Positions 33,152 to 41,936 of a DNA stretch of 64,000 nucleotides are shown here, in pieces; within the stretch, counting starts at the first letter, position 1, and each line of letters opens with the position of its first letter. Both the position numbers and the translations under genes were made by a program. The stretch comes from Candidatus Latescibacterota bacterium (GTDB lineage: Bacteria > Latescibacterota > UBA2968): positions 5,408,001-5,472,000 of the forward strand of contig OZ241986.1 of the NCBI GenBank assembly GCA_965204375.1. The letters are read 5' to 3'. Below the pieces are notes generated by a model. That model did not search any database. It was not told the origin of the DNA and saw nothing but the letters and a program-made list of their open reading frames with translations.

Positions 33152-34441
33152 ATGCGCCAATATCTATTGTCCATCCCGATGATTCTACTTTTGCTCGTTG
33201 GGTCTGTCTCTGCACAAACGGTTAATTTTTCTTTGCGGGACCTCGATGGCAATACACATAACGCCTCTGACTATCGCGGCAAAGTGCTCGTGCTTGCGAT
33301 CATCGGGTATAGCTGACCGTCCTGTAGAGCGGCGGGTCCGCGACTCGAAAGTTTCTGGCAAGATCAAAAGAAAAAGGACGGCAATGTTGTGATGCTCGGT
33401 CTCGATGTTTGGAATGGTAGTCGTACTGGGGTTGAGGGTTTTCGCAGTAGCGGAAACATCACCTTTCCCATGCTTCTAAGTGCGCGTGGTGCTGTTTCTT
33501 TTTCGCATGATAACCTCGTTGTGGTTGGTCCCGATGGGACTGTGGCATTGCCCCCCACAGGCAGTCTGAGTACAAGTTCTCTTACTCGAGTGGAAGGTGT
33601 GGTTGATGACCTTGTGTCCAAAATACCCGCGAATGTGCCGGCGATTGCTATTCAGGAACAAGCAATTAATTTTGGCACTATTGACGCAGGTCAAACAGGT
33701 GAACAAGCTATTACGATCACGAATACGGGTACTGCAACGCTGGAGATTACAGGTATAGAGAGTGATGTGTCAGGTCTGACGTTTGATACTACGATGTTCA
33801 CACTGGCGCCCAATGGTTCGCAGACGGTGACGGTGACGTTTCCGAGTTCGACAGAGGGCACATTTTCGGGGAATATCACGATTTCGAGTAATGATCCGAA
33901 TAGTGCAACACAGACATTATCCGTTTCTGTGATCGTTCAACCACCACCTGTGCCGATGATCGCTGTGCAGCAAACAGCAGTTAATTTCGGTACTGTTGTC
34001 GCAGGTCAAACGGGTCAACAGACGATTGCGATCAGGAATACTGGTACTGCGCCGTTGGAGATTACAGGTATTGAGAGCGATGTGTCGGGTTTGACGTTTG
34101 ATACTACGATGTTCACACTGGCGCCCAATGGTTCGCAGACGGTGACGGTGATGTTTCCGAGTTCTGCGGAGGGCACGTTTTCGGGGAGTATTACTATTTC
34201 GAGTAATGATCCGAATAGTGCAACGCAGACATTGTCCGTTTCTATCATAGTTAAGATTTCTTCTGCTAATCCCAAGACCGATTTTAATGGTGATAAACAA
34301 GTGAATATTGTCGATTTTCTTCTTTTTGTGCAGGCATTTGGGTCAACCAATGCCAAATTCGATATCGATGGCGATGGCGCGGTTGGTATTACCGATTTTC
34401 TCCTTTTTGTGGAGTCCTTTGGAAAGGTGGTTGACGGATAG
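33152..34441 (+). CDS. secreted TlpA/AhpC-TSA-like selenoprotein (UxxC) with two ASH-like Ig domains and EF-hand/dockerin-like tail
   Basis: ATG 33152 gives MRQYLLSIPMILLLLVGSVSAQTVNFSLRDLDGNTHNASDYRGKVLVLAIIGYS-TGA(33314)-PSCRAA..., in frame with ORF 33389-34441; 315-bp internal duplication; DFNGDKQVNIVDF/DIDGDGAVGITDF tail. Confidence 0.82.
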
Positions 34442-34494
34442 ATTTGCGACTTTCAGCTTGACACCTGGAGCGCAAACCTCTATGTTTTGCCTTC

Positions 34495-34763
34495 AAAGCA
34501 ATGACGGAGGAAAGTAACCTGTTCCCAACTGGACAGAGAGGATGTGTCCCGGGCTGAGAACACATCTGCAGGATGCACAGGCGAAGTTCCCTCCCGAGCT
34601 GCAAAGCCGAATGGAAAGACAGTTTCCTATTAAGCCGAGCCGGTGGGTCCACCGACAATGGACAGGATGGTGATGGCCATCTGCTGAGTGGTGCTTTTAA
34701 GCGCAAATAGGGTGGTACCGCGGAGAAGCTCTTTCGTCCCTATGATGACGAAGGGGCTTTTTT
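34495..34763 (+). ncRNA. T-box riboswitch, Phe (UUC) specifier
   Basis: AGTA, AGAGA, GCTGAGA, GAA-G-TTC(34587-89); T-box AATAGGGTGGTACCGCG (34706-22) pairs with CGTCCCTA; terminator 34727-34763; promoter TTGACA-17-TATGTT upstream. Confidence 0.92.
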
Positions 34764-34792
34764 GTTGTCTAATACTAACATTGGAGTTTCTC

Positions 34793-36334
34793 TTGATTGA
34801 TCTCGCATCTTTACATGCGCTCGAAATTCGCATTTTGCGTGTGTATCAAAACAATGCCAGTGCCGAGCAGTCCGATGCACAACTTCAAAGTGGTGCTGGT
34901 CTCGGCGAGGGACAGGTTCGGCGTGCGGTTGAGTGGCTGATTTCCAAACAATTGCTCGAGGTTACCGCAGAAAATACGCGCGTGACGGTTTCGCTTACGG
35001 AAGTGGGGCGGGATTTTGCCTCAAAGGGTGCGACGCCAGAGACGGCACTTTTGGCCCGGGTGAGTGCAGAGCGCGTCGGGATCCAGGACTTGCAAGCCGA
35101 CGAGCGCTTTGATAGAGGTGCCTGGGGCAGTGCATTTGGCGGTTTGAAAAAGGATGGGGTTGTCGATCTGGACAAGGGGGCGGTTGTTATTGTCGATGCA
35201 GATCGGGCTTCTTTTTTTGTTGATCGACTTATGTCAGAACTTTTTGAGAAATTTTCCGATACCGGAATTGAGATTGATGATTTTCCCGGTGATATTGTCC
35301 AGTATATCGAAGCCAATGCCCGCAAACGCGGGGGGAGTAGGGCACCTGTTCGCCTGGACGAGCGCACAGAGCGGGTTTATTGCCTTACGGATGAAGGGCA
35401 GCGCGTGCTTGTGGAGGTTGTTAAAGCCAATCTTACGGGTGATGAGATTTCTCGTCTTACGCCCGATATGATTCAGAAGGGCACATGGCAGGGTGCGTCT
35501 TTTCGCCGATATGATCTGTCGATTAAGCCGCCTCGCGTGCTTATTGGAAAGCACCATCCCTATCGGGCGTATCTCGATAATGTGCGGCGCAGGTTGATGG
35601 CGCTCGGTTTTGAAGAGATGAAGGGGTCGCTGGTCGAGACCGAGTTTTGGAATATGGATGCTCTTTTTATGCCGCAGTTCCACGCGGCACGCAATATTCA
35701 CGATGTGTATTATGTGACGGAGCCGACGCAATCCCGAGAGGCTGAAGAACCCCATTTTTCCAGGGTGGCTGAGGCGCATCAAAACGGGGGTGAGACGGGT
35801 TCGCGCGGGTGGCGATATGAGTTCAATCCCGAACAGTCTCGCCGCCTTATTTTGCGGAGTCAGGGTACTGCGCTTTCGGGGCGTACGCTCGCTTCAGAAC
35901 CGAATATTCCGGGTAAATATTTCGCGCTTGCGCGTTGCTTTCGACCGGATGATGTCGATGCCACACACGCGGCAGATTTTTTTCAGGCTGAGGGTATTGT
36001 TCTGGGCGAGGAGATAAATTTTCGCAGTTTGCTCGGTTTGCTCAAGTTGTTCGCCCTTGAGATCGCGCAGTCCGAAGATGTGCGCTATGTGCCCGATTAT
36101 TTTCCTTTTACCGAGCCTTCGGTAGAACTTCAGGCGAAGCATCCCGTTCTGGGATGGATTGAGCTTGGTGGTGCGGGTCTTTTCCGTCCTGAGCTTACTC
36201 AACCTCTGGGAGTGGATGTTCCGGTTATTGCCTGGGGTCTGGGGGTTGATCGAATGGCGATGGTCGCGCTGGGTATTAACGATATACGCGATTTGTTCAG
36301 TACGGATTTGGATCTGGTCAGGAATACGCGGTAG
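34793..36334 (+). CDS. pheS: phenylalanine--tRNA ligase alpha subunit, archaeal/eukaryotic-type (long)
   Basis: About 513 aa with long N-terminal extension; FWNMDALFMPQFH, YFPFTEPS, ELGGAG.FRPE, AWGLG.DR; TTG start after GGAG. Confidence 0.92.
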   Translation: MIDLASLHALEIRILRVYQNNASAEQSDAQLQSGAGLGEGQVRRAVEWLISKQLLEVTAENTRVTVSLTEVGRDFASKGATPETALLARVSAERVGIQDLQADERFDRGAWGSAFGGLKKDGVVDLDKGAVVIVDADRASFFVDRLMSELFEKFSDTGIEIDDFPGDIVQYIEANARKRGGSRAPVRLDERTERVYCLTDEGQRVLVEVVKANLTGDEISRLTPDMIQKGTWQGASFRRYDLSIKPPRVLIGKHHPYRAYLDNVRRRLMALGFEEMKGSLVETEFWNMDALFMPQFHAARNIHDVYYVTEPTQSREAEEPHFSRVAEAHQNGGETGSRGWRYEFNPEQSRRLILRSQGTALSGRTLASEPNIPGKYFALARCFRPDDVDATHAADFFQAEGIVLGEEINFRSLLGLLKLFALEIAQSEDVRYVPDYFPFTEPSVELQAKHPVLGWIELGGAGLFRPELTQPLGVDVPVIAWGLGVDRMAMVALGINDIRDLFSTDLDLVRNTR

Positions 36335-36342
36335 GAGTAAAA

Positions 36343-38028
36343 ATGCCAACGATTACTGTTAATAAACCCGATTTTGAACGTCTTGCAGGGCGGGCTTATT
36401 CTTCGGAGAGTTTGGGTGTTGCTCTTGAAACGGCTAAGGCCGAGATTGATGCCGAAGAGGGCGATACGCTTCGCATTCAGCTCAAGGATACCAATCGTCC
36501 CGATTTGTGGTCGGCAGAAGGGCTTGCGCGGTTGCTCAAAAGCTATCGGGAGAATGTCCAACCCGATTATTCTTTTTTTGATGCGTCTGAAGTGTCGCAG
36601 GAACGAGAGGTTATTGTCGATCCCGGGTTGCGCTATGTCCGTCCCTATATTGCCGCTTTTGCGTGTGAGGGTATTGCGATTGACGAGGCGGCACTGGACG
36701 CGCTTATCGAGGCGCAGGAAAAACTCGCCGATGGGTATGGGCGCGGTCGTAGCATTGTTGCGATTGGGATTTACGATGCGTCCGATATTGTGTATCCGGT
36801 GCGATACGATGCGGTTGATCCCGATGAAACTGCTTTTGTTCCTCTGGAGTTTGAGTCTGAGATGTCTTTGCGACAGATTTTGTCCGATCATCCCACGGGC
36901 AGAACGTATGCACATCTTCTCGAAGGCAAGGATAAGTTTCCGCTGATACGCGATTCGCGCGGCGAGGTTCTTTCCATGCCTCCTGTGATTAATAGCCAGA
37001 GTCTGGGGCGCGTTGAAGTGGGGGATGCGTTTTTGTTTTGCGAGGCGACGGGGCCTGAACTCGATGCTATTCTTTTGTCTATGGCGATTATGGCGGTTAA
37101 TATGGCTGACCGGGGCGGCCGCATTTATCCCGTGACGGTGCGGTATCCATATCAGACGCCGAGAGGACAGGTTGTGACGTGTCCCTATGATCTGACCGAG
37201 CCATTGCAAGTTGATATAGATGAGATTTTCAAAGTGGTTGGATCACATATTTCGATGGGGCAGATTCAGACTGCGCTTACGGCAATGGGTTACCGGGATA
37301 TTGACGTGCGAGAGCGGAGTATTAAAGTGCGCCCTGCGCCTTATCGCGACGATATTTTACATCCCGTGGATGTTGTGGAAGATGTCGTGATCGGCGTGGG
37401 GTACGAGGCTTTTGAACCCGAGATGCCGCGGGATTTTACGGTTGGCAAAGCCGCGCCAGAAGAGGATCTTGCTGACCGATTTCGCAATCTCATGGTTGGA
37501 AGTGGATTTCAAGAGGTCTTTTTGCCGATTCTCTGTTCTCAAAAAGAACAGACTGTGGATATGAATAATCCGGATGCACAGATTATTTCGATTTCAAATC
37601 CTATGTCCGAAAATTACAGTGCGATTCGAGGGTCGTTGTTGCCCGGTTTGCTCAAGACCGAAGCCACAAGCCGCCGCGCGCTGTACCCGCATCGGATTTT
37701 TGAAGTGGGTGAGGTGGGGGTTCTCGCTCCAGGGGAAAATTACGGTACGCGCACGGATATTCATCTTTGCGCGCTCGAAGCGAGTGACGAAGCCAATTTG
37801 TCCGGTGTTCAGAGCTATCTGGAGGTGTTGTCCTATTATTTTGATTTTGAATACGCGATTGCGCCGATTGAGCATCCCACATTTTTGCCCGGTCGCAGTG
37901 GCGAGATCTGTATAGGCGAGCGCGTTTACGGGCTTATTGGCGAAGTTCATCCCAGCGTTCTCGAAATCTGGGGTATAAATTATCCCGTCAGTGCATTTGA
38001 GGTTGATATCCGCATTGTGTCTGATTAA
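36343..38028 (+). CDS. pheT: phenylalanine--tRNA ligase beta subunit, archaeal-type (short)
   Basis: 561 aa; MPTI, DTNRPDLWSAEG, VLSMPPVINS, YRDDILHPVDVVED; lacks bacterial OB-fold and anticodon-binding domains. Confidence 0.92.
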   Translation: MPTITVNKPDFERLAGRAYSSESLGVALETAKAEIDAEEGDTLRIQLKDTNRPDLWSAEGLARLLKSYRENVQPDYSFFDASEVSQEREVIVDPGLRYVRPYIAAFACEGIAIDEAALDALIEAQEKLADGYGRGRSIVAIGIYDASDIVYPVRYDAVDPDETAFVPLEFESEMSLRQILSDHPTGRTYAHLLEGKDKFPLIRDSRGEVLSMPPVINSQSLGRVEVGDAFLFCEATGPELDAILLSMAIMAVNMADRGGRIYPVTVRYPYQTPRGQVVTCPYDLTEPLQVDIDEIFKVVGSHISMGQIQTALTAMGYRDIDVRERSIKVRPAPYRDDILHPVDVVEDVVIGVGYEAFEPEMPRDFTVGKAAPEEDLADRFRNLMVGSGFQEVFLPILCSQKEQTVDMNNPDAQIISISNPMSENYSAIRGSLLPGLLKTEATSRRALYPHRIFEVGEVGVLAPGENYGTRTDIHLCALEASDEANLSGVQSYLEVLSYYFDFEYAIAPIEHPTFLPGRSGEICIGERVYGLIGEVHPSVLEIWGINYPVSAFEVDIRIVSD

Positions 38029-38040
38029 TTGGGGGTAACT

Positions 38041-39231
38041 ATGGATAAACTCAAGGTTGGTATTCTCGGTCTCGGTCGCGGTTTTACGCATTTCAGAAAT
38101 TTCCTCGCTCTGGAAGAGGCTGAGGTTATTGGTGCTTGTGACCGCTTTCCTCGCTTGAGAGAACGCGCCGAGCAACATCTGGCGTCGGTTGGTGCAACGG
38201 CTCCGATTTTGCCCGAGTTTGACGATTTGCTCGATCTCAAGCCCGATGCTGTTGTGGTTGCGACGAATGGGAAATTGCAGGTGGAACACGGTTGCCAGGC
38301 TATGCGCGCGGGTTGTCATGTGCTTTCTGAAGTTCCCGGTGCTTATACGCAGGAAGAGTGTATGAATTTGCGGCAGACCGTTGAATATACGGGCAAAACC
38401 TATATGCTGGGAGAAAATACCTGTTATTGGGATTTTTTTCGCTATTTCCGCAAATGGGTTGCCGAAGATCGCTTTGGTCCCATTTCTATTGCCGAAGGCG
38501 AATATATTCACCATTTGCCGGGTACGCTTTTTCGCCCCGATAGTTCGCGGCATACGCCGACTCGAGCGCGGGCAGCCGGTTATGCGGATACAATGCCGAT
38601 CTGGCGTGCCGATCAACCGCCTATTCAATATCTGACGCATGACCTGGGGCCATTGCTCGAAGTGATTGACGACCGCTGTGTTTCTGTTTCTTGTCGCAGC
38701 GCGCCGTTCCGAAGTGCTGACGCGCCTCTGCGTTCCGACGGCCAGATCGCGGTGTTCGAGACAGCAAAGGGCGCACTTATTAAAATTATGGTTACGCTGA
38801 ATACAGCCCGCCCTTCTGAACACCGCTATCGCATTTTTGGCGTTGAGGGCGGTGCCGAGTGGTTTAGCTATGAAAAACACGCGCGTCGCTTTTCCCGAGG
38901 GGCGGATCATCGCAGTGGTTGGGAGGTTTTACCCGTTGGTCTGGGCGCACATGGCGATGATACTTCTGCAGGTCACGGCGGTGCGGACTTAAAACTCGCC
39001 CGACATTTTACACAGTCTATTCTCGCTGGCAAGCCGTCGCCGATTGATGTGTATCGCGCCATTGAATACTGTCTGCCGGGGATTTTGGCAAATAAATCCG
39101 CTGAGTTGGGCGGTGCGCCAGTTCCCATTCCGGATTTTCGCCTCACGCCATTTGAACACACAATTTTTTGGGATAGTTTGGGGCTTCCCGAACGCGATCC
39201 AGAATCCCGGCCGTATCAGCCGCTTGGGTAG
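38041..39231 (+). CDS. Gfo/Idh/MocA family oxidoreductase
   Basis: LKVGILGLGRG, HVLSEVP, YMLGEN, HGGAD. Confidence 0.85.
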   Translation: MDKLKVGILGLGRGFTHFRNFLALEEAEVIGACDRFPRLRERAEQHLASVGATAPILPEFDDLLDLKPDAVVVATNGKLQVEHGCQAMRAGCHVLSEVPGAYTQEECMNLRQTVEYTGKTYMLGENTCYWDFFRYFRKWVAEDRFGPISIAEGEYIHHLPGTLFRPDSSRHTPTRARAAGYADTMPIWRADQPPIQYLTHDLGPLLEVIDDRCVSVSCRSAPFRSADAPLRSDGQIAVFETAKGALIKIMVTLNTARPSEHRYRIFGVEGGAEWFSYEKHARRFSRGADHRSGWEVLPVGLGAHGDDTSAGHGGADLKLARHFTQSILAGKPSPIDVYRAIEYCLPGILANKSAELGGAPVPIPDFRLTPFEHTIFWDSLGLPERDPESRPYQPLG

Positions 39232-39761
39232 ATCAAAGCGGTTTTGGCATTTCTGAAAATAAAAATATCCGAATCGCAATAATCCGGATTTTTTGTTGAG
39301 CGGATGGAATCTTTATTATTTCTCGAAGCCTATGATCGAGACCGCAGAAATTCGCTATCTTATGGTCTTTCCCATAAAAAAGTTGAACATAGGAGTCAAG
39401 GTGCGGTTATGGTTGATGGGCAACCTAATTTAACTGACGTTACGCAAGAACCACTGCGACAGCCACCTAATCAAGTGGTACATATCTTTCACATAACCGC
39501 CCATTCATTGATCAAAATATACACTCTTTCCGCCAACGCTTGTGCTCCTCCACCTCCGCTTCAACAAACATTCCACAAATTCAAGTTGTGAACCACAGCG
39601 CAATACTGCATATTGAAGACATAATGAGGTGCCTGAACTTCTTTCGAGCCTTTTTATCGTTCAATTTTGTGATAATTTCATTTTTTGGCCTGATATTTGC
39701 TTGGGGTCTGACTGTTGCGTTTGTCCAAAATACGACCAACCTTCAGATCAGGGCATCTCAT

Positions 39762-40706
39762 ATGGCCGAATTTGATGCAATATCCAAACACCTCATTCAA
39801 ACTTATCCCGACGACTTTGCCAACTTCACCCTCGGACGTGAGGACGTTGAAGTTCTCGCAGTCATTGACACAGAGCAACTCACGATTGAAGCACACCAGA
39901 CGGATAGCCTGATTCGCGTGCGTATGGATGACGAAGAAGTATTGGTCCACAACGAGTTTCAAACGACTGACAGCACCAATCCACCCATGCCGCGCCGCAT
40001 GGCTGGCTATATTGGACATGCTATTCGGCAACACGGTCTGCCGATTTATTCCAACGTGATCTACCTGCGTCCCAATGCCGGGCGGCGCGATCCCGGATAT
40101 TATGTCCAGGAGCGTTCCGGCTACCTGTTCGCGGTTCAGTACAGGGTGATCAGGCTGATTGAGATAGAAGGCGAGCGCGTCCTCGAATCGGGGCAATCGG
40201 GTCTGATTCCTTTCACACCTTTGATGAAGCCACCTGAGGGGATGGCCTTAGATGCGTGGTTGCAACAGTGTATTCACACGGCTCGGACGCGCCCTATCGC
40301 TCGGACATATAGGGCGGATTATCTGGCTGGCATGGTGGCATTGAGCGAGTTGGTATATAAGTCTGAAACGATTTCTGATATCATATTGAAGGAGGGCATC
40401 ATGGATCTGATCCGCGAATCATCTCTTTTTCAACACCTTACCCAACAAAGTAGAGAGGAAGCCAGAGAGGAGGGCAGAGAGGAGGGCAGAGAGGAGGGTC
40501 TTGAGCAGGGCATTAAGCGAGGTGAAAGAGACCGCGCTATTGCAGATATTCTCGAAGTGCTGGAGATTCGATTTGACCTGAACGAAGCGCATCCCCTATC
40601 CACCCGCATTGCCGCCATCGACGATTTACAACGCCTCAAGCAGTTGCACCGCGCGGCGATACAGGTGCCCAATCTCGAGGCATTTCAGCGCGTGCTATAT
40701 GCGTGA
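39762..40706 (+). CDS. Rpn-family (PD-(D/E)XK recombination-promoting nuclease/putative transposase-like) protein
   Basis: FD...K.L, TDSL.R......H.EFQT, MP.RM..Y; C-terminal REEG repeats and 'LE.RF...I..L..L' domain. Confidence 0.8.
   Translation: MAEFDAISKHLIQTYPDDFANFTLGREDVEVLAVIDTEQLTIEAHQTDSLIRVRMDDEEVLVHNEFQTTDSTNPPMPRRMAGYIGHAIRQHGLPIYSNVIYLRPNAGRRDPGYYVQERSGYLFAVQYRVIRLIEIEGERVLESGQSGLIPFTPLMKPPEGMALDAWLQQCIHTARTRPIARTYRADYLAGMVALSELVYKSETISDIILKEGIMDLIRESSLFQHLTQQSREEAREEGREEGREEGLEQGIKRGERDRAIADILEVLEIRFDLNEAHPLSTRIAAIDDLQRLKQLHRAAIQVPNLEAFQRVLYA
40401..40706 (+). CDS. putative nested small Rpn protein (RpnS-like) from an internal start
   Basis: AAGGAGG at 40389-95 followed by in-frame ATG at 40401 (MDLIRESS...). 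Confidence 0.6.
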   Translation: MDLIRESSLFQHLTQQSREEAREEGREEGREEGLEQGIKRGERDRAIADILEVLEIRFDLNEAHPLSTRIAAIDDLQRLKQLHRAAIQVPNLEAFQRVLYA

Positions 40707-40793
40707 CGTGATTTCCATAAGCCTGACGAGAGATATTGGGACACCGCACATCAGAATATAATTCAAAAAAAATACCACGTAAATCTCTCAGGG

Positions 40794-41423
40794 TTAGTTT
40801 CTTAGTGCAATATCATGAATCATCTGCGGATTTTGTCTGACTTCTTTAAAGATCTGCAATCCTTCACGACACGCGGTTTCACACAATTTCTTGAATAGGA
40901 ACCCTCTGAGATTATAAGTTTCGGCTCCCTTAAGTTCACTCGCTAATTTAGCTCCTGCTTCAACAAAGTGGATATTCAGTGAAGAATTAGAAGGAAGATA
41001 CTTCCTGTAAGTTGGGGCAAGTAGAAAAATCCAGTCTGTTGTACTAAGATACCGAAAAGACCACTTTTCACGGAGTTGTAGAGCTTCCACATGTTGTCCA
41101 AATAATAAAAACAAAACGAGGTCATATTTATTATTTTTAATTATGTCCAACAGTTTTTTCGAAACACAGTCGGGGACTTGGTTCCAGATGGCATCTTCAT
41201 TTTCAACATTGTAACGATCAATAACACAGTGTTCGCTGATCAGTCCATGTTTGGTTGACACAATAAATAAATCAATAGCTATCTTTCCAGACTGATCGCG
41301 TTTCCTGATTTTTCTTAAGCCTTCCATCAACAGCATATGATCCGGTCCTCTATACAGTTTCGCGGCATTTGTTGTACTATCGCCTTGTTTTTCTGTACAA
41401 GAGCTAATTACCAATATCTTCAT
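40794..41423 (-). CDS. DUF6884/YaaA-like protein
   Basis: MKILVISSCT.KQ...AAKLY.G..H...IVS.KHGLI......RYN; AT-rich. Confidence 0.65.
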   Translation of the reverse strand: MKILVISSCTEKQGDSTTNAAKLYRGPDHMLLMEGLRKIRKRDQSGKIAIDLFIVSTKHGLISEHCVIDRYNVENEDAIWNQVPDCVSKKLLDIIKNNKYDLVLFLLFGQHVEALQLREKWSFRYLSTTDWIFLLAPTYRKYLPSNSSLNIHFVEAGAKLASELKGAETYNLRGFLFKKLCETACREGLQIFKEVRQNPQMIHDIALRN

Positions 41424-41518
41424 AAAATTACGTTTCTCGTTGTTAATGTGTCTCAAGAACAGTAGGAAATCACTCCCGGCTTATCGGGCCAGGCATGGAT
41501 GTTGATCGCGGGCGATTT

Positions 41519-41857
41519 CTACGGAGAGTTCGTTATGTGGTGCGAAACGATGCTGGTCAATGCCTGCTCAAAGTTGGCACGCTGTGTTGAATCCTTACCT
41601 CCTGCGGCTCCCTTGCACCCAACTATCCAGCACTCTTTTTTTGATTCAGCCCTTATATCTGGTCCTTCCGTTTTTATATGAATATTCTTTTTAGGCACGC
41701 CAGCCTTTGTGAGTGCTTTACACAATTCGTCACCATTGTTCCGAAAAAGTCCCTTATTACGGCCGGGCACAGAAAAAAAGAGATTGCACTTACGTTCTTT
41801 TTTTAGCCAAAGTGCTGCGGTAATGAGTACCTTGTTATCTGAAATATTTCGGTTCAT
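41519..41857 (-). pseudogene. degenerate PD-(D/E)XK nuclease-like ORF
   Basis: GPDIRA......WIV[G]CKG with Gly at the expected Glu position; short ORF, AT-rich. Confidence 0.45.
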
Positions 41858-41936
41858 ATAAGTGGTCTTTCAAAAAAGTTTATTTTTTTATTTTATTGGA
41901 CACCTGCGCTCCCAGGATGAATTTTAAAACAGCTTC

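Noticed and set aside
34688-34792. pheS N-terminal extension in the ORF track
   Set aside because: Lies within the T-box antiterminator/terminator
37594-38910. Long antisense ORFs (also 15630-16679, 36199-37209 and others)
   Set aside because: Antisense shadows of well-supported genes, with no motifs
39232-39761. ORF 39304-39591 and the 5' extension of the Rpn ORF
   Set aside because: No SD or recognisable motif; may be a decayed gene remnant but cannot be identified
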